The notes under the pieces were generated by a model. That model saw nothing but the letters and a program-made list of their open reading frames with translations, did not search any database and had not been told where the DNA came from. The translations under genes and the position numbers were made by a program. From Octopus sinensis (Eukaryota), in assembly GCF_006345805.1 (NCBI RefSeq), contig NW_021835997.1, forward strand, positions 62,001 through 126,000: a stretch of DNA of 64,000 nt, written 5' to 3'. Positions 24,995 through 37,502 of the stretch are shown one piece after another. Position 1 is the first letter of the stretch. Each line of letters opens with the position of its first letter.

Positions 24995-27395
24995 TCAGCT
25001 TATGGAAAACGATGTTAAAGCTGCTGTTCGCCTTGTGGCTTCCGATGACGTTGTTCTACCTCCGTCGGAAGAGCTTCTCGAGGCACTCAAACTTAAACAT
25101 CCGGCTGCCCCCACCGACCTCCGTGCTTTGCCAGTCCTCTCTGGAACCCCTACACATTCCTTTACGCCCTCGGAGATCTTAAGCTGCATCGCGAGTTTCC
25201 CCCTCAGCAGCAGTGGTGGCGTGGACGGTCTTCGTCCTGGCCACCTACGTGACCTGACGTCCCCGGTTACAGGCGAGGCAAGAACCCGCCTGGTGAAGGC
25301 AATTACTGCTCTTTGCAATCGGTTCTTCTCCGGCGACCTTATCCCGTATGCACGTGACTTATTCTTCTCTGCCAATCTCACTGCCTTGAGGAAGACCGAT
25401 GGTGGAGTTCGCCCCATCGCTGTCGGAAATGTCTTCAGGAGGCTGGCTGCTAAGCTTGCTTGCAGGCTCGTCTCTACTGATCTTGGCGCATTTTTCGGAC
25501 CTGTTCAACTTGGAGTTGCTGTCAAGAATGGATGTGAAGGCGCCGCCCACGCAATGAGATATCGCCAATGCGTCAGCCGATTCTCGCCATGACAGGGCAC
25601 TTCTCAAACTTGACATCAAGAACGCATTTAACTGCATCCGCCGGGATCACTTCCTGTCAGTTTGCTTCGACCAGTTCCCCGTTTTGTATCCCCTGGCGCT
25701 ATTGTCATATGGAAGACCTAGCTCTCTAGTATTCGGTTCGGATATTATTCCTTCAAGTACGGGAGTTCAACAGGGCGATCCACTAGGTCCCCTTCTCTTT
25801 GCCTTGGGAATAAATGGAATAGCTCGGTCGGTTTCTTCCGAACTGAATATTTGGTATCTGGACGATGCCACTATTGGCGGCTCCCCAGAGACGATTTTAA
25901 GAGACGCTTTGTCGTTGGCACCTGCACTTCTGAGGATTGGATTGGAGATTAACCCCACCAAATCCGAATTAGTCGGTCTCAACATTCCTGATAAACGCCT
26001 TGACGACCTTTCATCGTCCCTCCGCACTGGTCTTGGCCAAGTGCGCGCGACTGACGTAAATGATCTCCGGATCCTTGGATCCCCCATCCTGCCGACTGCT
26101 ATTAAGACTGATCTTCTTACCAAACATTCCACGTTAACTATTTTGCTGGACCGCCTCACGTTTTTGGACAGCCACGTCGGCCTGTTTCTTGCGAGAAACT
26201 TTTTCGCCCTGCCTAAATTACTCTACTCCCTCAGAAGTGCACCTTGTTACCTACATGAGGACATTCTCACTGATTTCGGCGACTCCCTTCGTTCGAAGAT
26301 CGAATCAATATGCAATGTCGAGTTCGACTCTTTGGGGTGGAGTCAAGCTTCACTCCCCGTACGCCACGGAGGCCTTGGAATTCGGTGTCCGAATGATGTT
26401 GCACTGCCTGCCTACCTGTCGTCACTTTCTTCATGCCAGAAACTCATGGGCACGGTTCTTCCAACCGATTTTGAACATTACGTGCCCTCTGAGTTATCAT
26501 CGGCGGTCGTAAAGTGGCACTCGCTAGGACTGGAAATCCCAGAGGATCAGCATAAGCAATTTGTTTGGGACGAAGTCCGCCTACAATCCCGAATCCAATC
26601 TTTACGTACATCTTTCGACCAACACCGCTTGGCCTGCTTTGAGACGGCATGTCGCCCTCACAGCGGAGCCTGGCTAAATGCCACTCCACTGCCGAGCATT
26701 GGGAACCTTCTGGACTGCAAGTCCGTACGCACTGGAATCTGTTTACGTCTCGGTCTTCGCCTATGCGAGCCACATGTCTGCCGCTGTGGCGCGAAAATCT
26801 GTCGCTTTGGATTGCACGCTCTATTGTGCAGACGCAGTGCTGGTCGCATCCCGCGTCACGCCGCTCTTAACGACCTTATCAGGAGAGCCCTGGAAGTCGC
26901 CGGAATCCCCTCCCTGCTTGAACCCACTGGGATCGATCGGGGGGACGGAAAAAGGCCTGACGGGATAACTGTGTTTCCTTTCAACAGGGGGAAGCCTCTC
27001 ACCTGGGATGCCACGTGTGTGGACTCTTTCTCGCCTCAGAACCTGCTGATGTCGGCCTCCGCTCCTGGATCTATTGTCACAACCGCGGAATGCAAAAAGA
27101 TGCGGAAGTACTCCTCACTTACGGAGAAGTTCCAATTCCTTCCATTCGCGGTTGAGACTTCCGGTTCCTTGGGCAGTAAGGCAATCAGCTTCGTTCAGGA
27201 GATCGGATCCCGCATGTCTGCCATCACAGGCGACGCCCGCGAATCGAGATGGTTTTTCGAGCGGATATCCCTTGCGATAGTACGCTCTAATTCTTTCTCG
27301 ATCGCGTCGGCTTCCCGCACTTGAAGCTTTTAATTAATTAACTTGTAGTTATTGGTTGGTTTTCCTTTAATAAATTAACATTAAAAAAAAAAAAA
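24995..27395 (+). mobile_element. CRE-clade non-LTR retrotransposon, nearly intact RT-CCHC-RLE, 5'-truncated, poly(A) tail
   Basis: GGVRPIAVG, LDIKNAFN, GVQQGDPLGP, WYLDD, CRCG...HALLC, RH, RPDG...WDATC. One frameshift near 25560; stop at 27322-27324; A-run at about 27383-27395. Confidence 0.95.
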
Positions 27396-27478
27396 CCATA
27401 TCATATAATAAATTTCTACTTAATGTCTAAAATAACCATTTATTTAAATAGAGAAAAATAAAGAAATTAATGTTAATT

Positions 27479-27712
27479 TCAAATTCGATTTCTAATATCA
27501 TCAATTTTCTCCGACCAAAATTCAATAAACTGTATGATCATGTTGATCACATTTAAATCATTCGGTGTCAGATTCTCTTCTTTCAAAATATATTCGTTTA
27601 ACCATTGGACTAATTCTTCAATTCTATACATTATGTAGCAAATTTCATTTAATTCATTTTCAAGATAGTCATTATTCTCATTATTGTTCGGGGTTGGAAT
27701 TCTTTTCACCAT
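27479..27712 (-). CDS. Small acidic helical orphan protein (77 aa), paralog A
   Basis: MVKRIPTPNNNENND...EELVQWLNE...IIQFIEFWSEKIDDIRNRI aligns end to end with 29719-29955, using the ATG at 27712. Confidence 0.55.
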   Translation of the reverse strand: MVKRIPTPNNNENNDYLENELNEICYIMYRIEELVQWLNEYILKEENLTPNDLNVINMIIQFIEFWSEKIDDIRNRI

Positions 27713-28506
27713 TTCTGTTTTTTTTAATTTTTTCCTATTTATAATAAAATTTAATGCGTGGAAAAGATTTTGTTTCAATCTAGCATTATTATTCATGAAA
27801 TTACTATTTTGTTAAAAAATCCAGTTTTTACGATTTAAGTAAAAATCTTTTTTAATTTCGTCAAATTTTATTAAACGAGATATATTTTAATTGTTCAAAA
27901 CTTTAATTTTGCATATTTGATATATTTTTGAGTTTTAATATGTCATTGGTTTCATTTATATTATGAGTAATTTATATTTAACGTTATTATGACTCATTTT
28001 TTGTGCTAGTTTATTAATTTTAATATTATACAATATAGAAGCAATTTTTACAATATTTTATTAATACAAAGAAGCTAATTAACTAATTAATTGCCTAAAG
28101 TCCTGAGCCTTAGACGTGAACATCAATTTTTACCATAAATTAGTATTTATTTGAGATTATAATCTGTTTGAAAAATTTACAAAATAACATAAAACTGAAT
28201 ACAGCAGACCACGATTAATTTGTAAAAATTACGTGAAGCAAGATATTGGTTTGGCTATCAGTTTGAAATAGAAGACAAAATGACGCAATTTTGTTATAAC
28301 ATTTGAGAAAGGGTCAGCTTTAGAAAGAACGTGGGTTATATTTTATTAATTAAAACTAAAAAATTGACATATGTATTCCTTACCCTTCTGTGTTATTGAT
28401 TCCTAACTTGTATTACTACGATTTTTTAAGAATTACATTTGTGGACTTTATAATAGCTATTAATAAATTATAGGACAAGATTATAAGAGAAACTATAGAA
28501 AATTGA

Positions 28507-29260
28507 AAGTTTTAAAAATATTAAAATGCCCCCAGCTAATATAAATGATTTAAATCCATTATTAAACATTTTTTTAATTCTAATTTTTAGAGAAAAAGTC
28601 AAAAGTTTAAATTAATATTCCACATTTTACCACACTGTGTTTTGTTCTTGTGTGTCTGTTTTTTTGTTGTTAAATCTATCTTTTGATTCCTATTATATGT
28701 TTTTTTGAAAATTTTTTGAGAATATATTTAATAAATGCATTTTATTGAAAATTAAATACTTTGTTTATTTTTCTAATATTTTTACAGAAGAAATTAGTCA
28801 AATTGATTTTCATTCTCGTATCAATGATTTAATTTTTATTTAAAATGCTTTCTTATTTATCAAATTAGGATTCGCTAAAGATAGTGAGAACCAGCACAAC
28901 CTGCTTTATTATTTAATATATATCACGGGTTTGATGATTCCTTTTTAAAACCAAATGAAAATAACATGAAAACTATTTAAAAATATCTTGATAATAAAAT
29001 TAAGTCCATTTATTCTATTTTGTATCAGTTTCTTGATTGACCGCAAATCCCATATCAGAAATTTTTCCCAACTAATTACGAATTTTATTACATTCTAAAT
29101 ATTTTAGATTTCTTGCAATTTACAGAAGAAATTTTTTCTCAATTTCTTCATTCTATCTTTAAGTGTGAAAAAATCAAAATTATTGTGTTTCTGTATATCA
29201 TTGATTTCTTTGCTAGAAAATTGGTCAACGAACAAAAATACCAAATATTTTTTTTGATTT
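28507..29260. repeat. Second copy of the diverged repeat at 17489-18000
   Basis: Colinear shared blocks with additional internal segments. Confidence 0.7.
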
Positions 29261-29718
29261 AATAATTAAGTGATCACAAACTCATTAAGGAAAACTTGAT
29301 TCTAACTAAATTACATTTTTCACTGCTATAACTCTAGTATGAAAATATCTTAGAACTTTGAGACAGCTTTATTCCATTTTAGGACTATTGGAATAATCTT
29401 TACTTCTCATTTGCAAGAAGATAGTATTTGTGTTATTTCCCAACCAAAACTTGTTATAACAGTTCTTGTGGAAAAAATGCGAACTTCGATTAAAATTATT
29501 TAATTCTTCTGTCTTGTCGTAAACAAAAATATTGAGGTTTATAGAAATGGATTCTTGTTTTAAGTGTCAACTTTGATTTTGGAATTTTGGGTCGACATTA
29601 TAGACACATCCGAATGTCCTTTCAGTTTACTGCCTGATCATCCATACGTTTATCATGACCGAATGTAGGAAATTGAAATTTATTTTAATAAGAAAAAAAT
29701 AAAAGAAATAAATGATAG

Positions 29719-29955
29719 CTAATTATTGTTTCCGTTTCTGAATCGATTTCTAATAACATCACATCGCTCCGACAAAAATTGTATAAACTGTTCAATTATG
29801 TAGATCACATTTATATCATCCATTGTCAGCTCCTCTTCGTTTAGCCATTGGTTTAACTCTTCAAGTGTAGATATGATGTGGATAATTTCAACTAAGTCAT
29901 TCTCAAAATTGTCGTTGTTCTCATTATTTTTCGGGGTTGGAATTCTTTGCTCCAT
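29719..29955 (-). CDS. Small acidic helical orphan protein (78 aa), paralog B
   Basis: MEQRIPTPKNNENND...EELNQWLNE...IEQFIQFLSERCDVIRNRF. About 300 bp upstream is also similar to paralog A. Confidence 0.55.
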   Translation of the reverse strand: MEQRIPTPKNNENNDNFENDLVEIIHIISTLEELNQWLNEEELTMDDINVIYIIEQFIQFLSERCDVIRNRFRNGNNN

Positions 29956-30369
29956 TTCTGCTTTTCTTCATTTTTTGCTATCTATAATATTCAACGCGTG
30001 AGAAGATTTTGTTTCAATCTAACATTTTTATTAATAGTATCACTTTATTTTGAAAATATCAAAATTTTATGACTGAAGTAAATTTTTTCAATTTCCTAAG
30101 TTTTATTAAACAAAATATATTTTAATTGTTCAAAACTTTTGTTTTGTACATTAGATATATTTTTTATGAATTGTAATTTGTCATTAATTTTATACATATT
30201 ATGAGTAATTTATATTTAACATTGTTGTGACTTATTTCTTTTGTTAGTTTATTAATTTGTAACTTAAGCCCAAAGAGGCACTCAAATTGAGAAATTAAGT
30301 CGCAAATTATTGATATATTTTTCATACGACGCGCTTTCCTTATTTTCATAGAGCACAAGAAAATGCGAA

Positions 30370-30418
30370 TTTTTCATTTGAAGAGGGGAAACCCCTAGTC
30401 TGGGACGCAACCTGTGTG
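30370..30418 (+). mobile_element. Tiny CRE RLE fragment
   Basis: Encodes FSFEEGKPLVWDATC. Confidence 0.6.
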
Positions 30419-30719
30419 AAAATCTCATATAAATATATTTAAATATTCATTAATACAAACAAAATTTATTTTTGAAAAAATAAACCGTTTTTTAAATACC
30501 CTTCTTTGATTTAATTTCAGTCAAGCTTATAATTCAAGCTTGATATTTTTTTTTCATTACTTTCATAATATTTAAAAATTATAAAATGTATTTTACTTTC
30601 ATTCCGTTTAAAGTTATTATACTCTTTAATAGAATGAAATAGGCTGAACAATTATTTATATTGTAATTAAGACAGTTTAATCAAAAATCGTAGACTATTT
30701 GCTATTTTATTTTACAAAC

Positions 30720-30880
30720 AGTCGAGCAAAAAACGTAAACGATTTGAATACAAACTGTGATCGAATGCTCAATAGTGATTACGTGCGAAGACATAACGGA
30801 GTACGTTGATAGATTCATATGTATTTTTGTCGACGATACGATATAAACAGACTCAAGATACATTTCTTGAAATCTATAGC
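30720..30880 (+). mobile_element. R4-like retrotransposon fragment
   Basis: LNTNCDRMLNSDYVRRHN...IHMYFCRRY matches HLATRCSRMLHGSYMRRHN...IHLHVCRQY of the 59.6-60.9 kb element. Confidence 0.7.
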
Positions 30881-31973
30881 AGCTAAAAACCTGCAGAAAA
30901 GACAAAAAGAGCTCAAAAAGACCCGAAAGTTTAAAATTATATCAATTTCCTAAACTTTGTATATCTGACAAAAGAATATATTTGAATTAGATTGTTCATC
31001 GTCGAATCAGTTTTTTAATTTCCATAAAATTCTTTATTCCTAAATACTTGTTATTTAGATGCCTTAACAATTATTGTGGAATCCTTTTAACTGCTGTATT
31101 ATTACTTTGGTCACTCGGCCGAATGTCAGTTCCCAGTATTATTATAAATACATTATAAAATTAATAGAATGTTTTAATTATGCATGTTATACATATGTAA
31201 CAGCGGAAAAAAACATATTTTCAAGCAAAAACGCATTGCAAACAAAATGGAGGCATTCTTTCCGTGAGTGACATTTTTAAAAAATGATGATTTTTTAAGT
31301 AGATACATTTCTAAATGATATTTACAGATACGATGCGTCAAGTTATGGAAATAATGACATGTTTACAACTTAAGTTATTTCTATAATTTTTTGGGGTTTT
31401 TTACAATTGGAGAGATGCCAAAAACTGAGAGTAAAAACACCAAAATGATTATTTATGCTGACGATATTATGATACTTGACTCAAGAATAAATAAGCAATA
31501 GTATGTTAGAAAAAAGTAAAATCTCATATTGCAAAAATAGAAGAATAGTGACATAATAATGGCCTAAATTTATCAAGACGAGGAAACAAACAAGAATAAG
31601 AATAATTTTAACTTTCGCGTTGTATATTTATCTGTTCAGGACGCTCAAGACCAGGACTCCATATTACATTGGGACACCCAAGAGCATCCCTGTATCGGCT
31701 GGAAATGGAATTTACATTCATAAGAAGAAATATGGATTTGAGGAAATTGTGTTTTTTAAACATTTTAATGAGAAAAATGTATTGAATCAATGTATTCTTC
31801 GAACCTTGTATTGCCTACGCTTGTGGATCATGGGGTCCGCGGCTATCGTGGTCCAGCAGGAGGCGAATCGAGGAGGCCCAACAAAGGGCCCTCAGATTAA
31901 CCGATCTTTGGTCACATGATAGCCAATGAAAAATAGTGATATAATAAATTACTAATTTTTGTTAGACATTGAT

Positions 31974-33497
31974 TGTCACAGGCTGGATAATGCCCTGGGT
32001 TGGATAATACCCCCTTAAAATTTTTTTTTAAATCAAACGAAAATAACCTGATAATTAATTAAAAATAACTTGATAATGGAATTAATTCGATTTATTCAAT
32101 TTTTTATCCATTTTTTGATTGAAAGAATTTTTCAAAGAGTCGGCAAAAACCGGCATCACCAATTTTTCCGAATCAATAACGTATTTTATTATAATTATAC
32201 AATTTTTTAGGTCTACCATTTAAAAACAAATATTAAAAATTCATGAATTTTTATTATATAAAAATTTTTTTATAAGAGTTATATTTTTTTATACGACTTT
32301 TGTGTACATATTTGCATGATTCGTCATTAAGATCTTTAAGTACGCATTTGTCTTTATCAACCTCCGATATTTCATATATAGTGGAATCAATCTGATCGTA
32401 TAGGGGGTATTTTCGGTTATTTAGATTCGCATCAATATCATGTCTCAATCGTCCTCGTTAAAAATAACTTGCCTTTCTACTTGACCCTGAATCCATGGTG
32501 CTTTACGGCGTCCACTTATGTGTATGATTTTCAGATCATTACACATTGTTTCCATACATTTGTTCTTAAATTCTTTCCCATTATCCGTCTGTAAAATAAA
32601 TGGGGGACCAATCATGTAAAAAATGTTCTTTAATTTTCTAGTAATTTCCTCCGCTGATTTCCGCCTGGCAAGTTTTACAACTGCGAATTTAGAAAATGAG
32701 TCTATAACCACAGCCAACTACAATTTATACAAAAAATACCCATCCATTATCGCTATTAAGGCTACCATACCTTCTTAAATCCACTAAATCTGCAATATAG
32801 CGATCTTTAGGCCCTCTTGCAATAATAGGAGTGATTGTTGGCTTAGTCGCCATCAACTTTTTTGTCTAAAAATAATTTAATACATATGCACCTGACAGTG
32901 AACGCATTTTGAGATCACAGCAGTAATTTCATCTCGGGTTACTGCATAAATTTCCTTTCTCAATATCGAAAGCAACTTATCTCTTCCAAAATGTGTCCTC
33001 ATATGTTTAATCTATAATAATTATGTAACGATCACGATCACCTCGATAGTTTTTAGTTTAAGTTCCTTTTCTTCTTTGGGAAAAAAGCGTAACCTCTGGT
33101 TTTTGTATTTTAAGTATACTATCCCTTCCTCCTCGAAAATTAACTGTTCTGCTAATTTTCTGTATCTTTTCTTTTCAGATTTCTGAAATCGGTCAATATA
33201 AAAAACATCTATTTGAATATTTTTGATTACTTCAAGTTCATCTTTGGTAAGGTTGAGTAAAACCATTTCTGAAATATAGATTTGATCGATTATACTTATT
33301 ATTTTTTCAAATTGGAAAACTTAGATAACCAAAACAAATTTTCACGCTAGATTAATTTGAAAAAAACTTTAATAAATTACTAAAATAATTAAGAAAATCA
33401 AAAAATCTAATCAAAATTAATTTGAAAAAATATTTATTTTTTTAAAATAACGTTGAGGGGGCATTATCCAACCCAGGGCATTATCCAGCCGGTGACA
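31974..33497 (-). mobile_element. Ginger2/TDD-type integrase DNA transposon with TIRs, 5-bp TSD and three micro-introns
   Basis: About 45-bp TIRs TGTCAC(A/C)GGCTGGATAATGCCCTGGGTTGGATAAT, with TTGAT on both flanks. ATG at 33266. Introns 33012-33041, 32866-32891 and 32718-32739 join H-H-C-C (HMRTH...CVHC) to the rve core (ADLVD, TDNGKEF, QGQVER). Deletion after QVER. Confidence 0.93.
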
Positions 33498-33513
33498 TTG
33501 ATTAAAGTTAGAT

Positions 33514-33984
33514 TTAAAAGTCGGTGTTTTTCTTAATAATAGAAAGTTGAAGAGCCAATTTATTTAATCTGAGAACCGATAAACGATTCTGGAGGGGAAG
33601 TTCTGTTTTTTTCTCACAAAAGGAGCATTTAATTGTCCACCCTGTAACACTAAGTTGTTTGACAATGCATCTTCTGCATATTGTATGTCTACATTTGGGT
33701 AAGATTAGTGGCTGTCGTTGTTTCTCGTTGTAAATACGATTACAAGAACAACAGATTCCGGAATTCTCTTGTTCAACGTATGAGGAATCAGAGCTCATCG
33801 GTGATTTGCTATTTTCCCTTTTCTCAGTGGGAGATTCTTGAGATTTGACTTCATATCCGTCAAAAGAGTCGTAAGAATTGGAGGTACTCGAAGACAATTC
33901 GCTATTTTTGATTAAAAAATATCCTTGTTGTCGAAAAGATTCATCTGATTTGGATTCCGACGTTTCACCATTTTCTGATGACAT
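33514..33984 (-). CDS. RING-HC finger protein with a Ser/acidic N-terminus (156 aa)
   Basis: C-x2-C...PLILPKCRHTICRRC...IKCSFCEKKT...LRLNKLAL, a TRIM-like RING with the downstream L..N motif. Single open exon. Confidence 0.75.
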   Translation of the reverse strand: MSSENGETSESKSDESFRQQGYFLIKNSELSSSTSNSYDSFDGYEVKSQESPTEKRENSKSPMSSDSSYVEQENSGICCSCNRIYNEKQRQPLILPKCRHTICRRCIVKQLSVTGWTIKCSFCEKKTELPLQNRLSVLRLNKLALQLSIIKKNTDF

Positions 33985-34399
33985 TTTCTACTGGGGCGCT
34001 AAGAAAATTTGTTTATAAAGATTTTTGTGCACATAATTCCAAAAACATAAAAATAGTTCGAAGAATTTAAAGTATTTTGATGTTTTTTGAAAAGTAAATT
34101 CTCGAAAATCTATTTTGATCACATGATGCGTTTTGGTGATATTTTTTTGATTTTTGGAAATGAGAAAGCCCATCAAGAAAATAAATTTGCGAGCTTTCAT
34201 TTGGAAATGTTTCAACAATAATGGGAGTCAGCAAAAGTCCTCCCTGATGGAATGGAATGTCGTTTATTGATCAAAAACACAAACGAACTGAAAAAAGGAA
34301 AGATCGTTAACGAAGAGATTAAATGAGTCACCGAAGTGTTTTTTTCATTGCGTATCCCCAATTATGTCGACAACTTTTCTCTAAGACCACCCGGATCGT

Positions 34400-34545
34400 A
34401 GGCACAGAGGATTCTATAAAAGAAAATGAGAAGGCTTGATGTTGACATACTTGGAATAAGTGAACTTCACTGGATTGGCTGTAGTTTTTTGGGTTCTGAT
34501 GATTTCGTCATATATCATTGTGTGTTCTCAAAATTGCGAATGATC
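34400..34545 (+). mobile_element. RTE/BovB-like AP endonuclease fragment
   Basis: KEMRRLDVDILGISELHWIG. Confidence 0.65.
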
Positions 34546-36379
34546 GGGAGAGATGGAGAAAATTTGGCTTTGAGATCTCCAAGGGTTGAACACGATATAA
34601 TTGGATAACCTTGTTTAATCAAATTTTATCAATTTGAGACATTTTAGTCATTTAGTTTCCATTGGGGAGGCAATCAATTTATTTGGTTAGTCATCAGTTT
34701 TAATAACAAAGTAATTTTGACGTAATCATTGGATATTAGACATTGATATTTATGAGTTTCCTTAGTGCAATATATTAACATGATTTTTACACATGTCTAT
34801 CACCTCTTTTTTAATAAGCCCCTTTTAGCAGGACACATTCTCTTGTATTTTTCTTATTTATCTCCACTATTAATATCAAAGAAAAATGATGGTGGACATT
34901 GGCAAGAAACAAGGTGAATAAGTGAGCATTTGATAATTTGGAATAGACAAAATATTAAACGTGAATACTTCCAATATTGACTAAACAGTCAATTGAGTGA
35001 TTGTTTGCTTTCTTTATCCCTTGTGAAGTCTTTGGAGGAAGCAACTGACTGATTTCGCACTCACTACTCTCGTCTCATCCAGAATGTGACTACTAAACAA
35101 GTAAACTCGAAAATGTGAATATCAGTCTTCCGACCGTTTTAATTTTAAAAGTTATACAGAATATAACTTTAAAAGTTTTTTTTCGAAATTAAGCCAAAAG
35201 TATATTGTCTATTTTTGAGTTAAAAGTTTTTTAAATAAGTCCAAAATTAAAAAAATCATTTTATACGAACAATTTTGCAAAAATAAATTGGTCCATAATT
35301 TTCCAAAATTGATGGAAATACAAACTGGCCAAATCCTTTAGGCTATTGCCCTCTCAAAGCATTCGGCAAGTCCTCTGCTCATTGCAAAGGGCATGAGAAG
35401 TGAAAAGGAAGCAAGGAGGAGGCTTTCGGTGTCTCGATTTTAATAAAACCTTTTCATATAACTCTTCTCTTTCGGTTGCTAAGTCAATAAAATCTGTTCG
35501 TTCGTTCGTTCGATCATGTATAGTTTTGGTAAGATACCTCCATTACTATGTTCTGAACTCTGTGTTCTTTTTTTATTTGTATTCATCTTTGTCTTTTGTG
35601 TCAAAGATGTTTAACAAATGATTAAAGATGATTAATGTAGATCATCACCCCGGACGATATAAACGGGCCGGACGCTATTATACTTTTCAAAAGACACCAC
35701 AATTATTAATTAGTATTTTTACCCGATTACTCTTATTTCGGTAGAAACGTTGTGAATAAAATAATTTAAAACAGCCTAACCGACATAACATATATTTTTA
35801 AATTCAATACAATTAATTAAATATTCAGCAAAATTAATTAAAATTAACTTCAAAGAACAAATTCTGTAACAGAAATTGGAGAAACTTCTAAAAGATTTGC
35901 AAAAAATTTTAAATAGTTTCAATGTACCTTTGTTCTTGAATTCTATCCCTGAATCCATAAAGCCAATTATAAAATTCCGGGATGTGTTGTTTGTTTGAAT
36001 ATATTTGAGGCTAAATGAAAGGAATTAAATATTCCAAAAAGATAATTATGAACTATTTTTAATGCTTTCAACACATCAAGCAGACTCCAAATTACAGTTT
36101 GAGATATCAAATTTAAAAATCGTTTTAAAACTAACTGGTATTTAAGATGTCATAAATAGAATACAATAAGTAGTCGTGGTCCTTAGACTCTTCTTGGAGA
36201 CGAAGTATATAGTTTGTTTAATATAACATTTCGTATATTCATGCCCAAATTATCCACAATCACATACTCTGATAACGGTTGGTCTCCCAAAATGCTGAAA
36301 TATGGTCTTGGAATGGCGTGTGGTCCTAAAAATGAGAGGACAGTTCAAACCCAGTCAAACTAGAAGGTAAATGGGGCTC

Positions 36380-36830
36380 AGACAGTTGTTCTGAATGTCA
36401 AATTCGTTAATCATTGTGAAAAACTGACATTTCTGAGTATTTTGGCAAACTATGAGTCAACTCGCAGCACAACTCGATTGAGGCCGACCATAAACTGAGA
36501 AAAGGGAACGGAATTTCTTAGGAAGGTCAAAATATGAATTTAGATGCCGTCTAATGGCCGATATTCCACACTCTCGAGAGGCACAAGAGACCCGATCTGT
36601 GCCATATAGAGTATGAGAGCCGTCTACTTAAAGAAGAAAATTTTGAAATGTCGATCAGCAGGGTACAATTCAGGATCTAAAGGTCTGTTTTCAAACTATA
36701 CAAAAATGCTAGAAATACTTTTCTTCTCACTATAAGCTTGATGGATCTGAACAGGTCTTGTTTTCCAACAGCCACGTGTATTTTGACAATGACAAACTTG
36801 CGGGTTACAAACGAGGGAAGTGGTATTTGT
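36380..36830 (-). pseudogene. MutS-family (MSH4/MSH5-like) ATPase-domain pseudogene fragment
   Basis: TALILYMAQIGSLVPLESVEY.PLDGI*, SQFMVGLNR and AKILRN...MINEF correspond to MutS domain V motifs. Stops and frameshifts. Confidence 0.7.
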
Positions 36831-37244
36831 TTTTTTCTTGTTAAAGTAGTCTTATATTTAAATACACCGGAGGTACAAAGAACCGAGGAAGCATATGGTT
36901 GGTTAGTTTACTTATAATAGACTGCAATCTCTGTCAGTATCGAACAATCAGGAAGAAATGTCTGTTGTATTCGAATTCATTTTATTAATTCCACTCTATA
37001 TCTCGAATTTGTTTCTGAACAAACTAATATTGAACCTTCCAAATTGTTTAAAAGTTTGTGAAAAGAGTCTATTAAATGTTTGAAGTCAGTGAGAGTAATA
37101 AATAGCAGGATCTTTCTCTAAATACGAGTGTAGTCATACAGTAGATTCAAAGAAGTAACATACGAAGAAAACGAATGAATAATACAGCAATAATAAAAAA
37201 CTTAGCCAAATTTACTAGGCAAACACAAATAATGAGAAAAGTAA

Positions 37245-37500
37245 TTAGGAGTTGAAAGTAGTCCTCTGCAAATAACAAAAATGAGACAACCAGTCCTCGG
37301 ACGACGGGGTTTCTGTTCCTACGCTCAGTCCTTGAACGTACTCGCACGTACTTGGAGTGAATGGCACAGGACACACAATATCGGACGGGGTAGAACACCC
37401 TCGGAATGTGCAGGACTGCAAATACACTCCTCCAGGCACATACCTTGAGAGGTGACTGAAGAGTGAGTTCTGGGAAGGTGACTGTCCTGGTCTATGACTC
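37245..37500 (-). pseudogene. RPS26: 40S ribosomal protein S26, 3' half only
   Basis: IPRVFYPVRYCVSCAIHSKYVRVRSRTERRNR. Introns 37416-37443 and 37266-37290; TAA at 37245-37247. The N-terminal KKRRNNGR/CxxC half is absent. Confidence 0.85.
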
Positions 37501-37502
37501 CG

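Noticed and set aside
35340-35440. Possible HDV-like ribozyme on the minus strand (cctcctc...gccgaatgcttt)
   Set aside because: I could not build consistent P1/P3/P1.1 pairings by eye. A covariance-model search would be needed.
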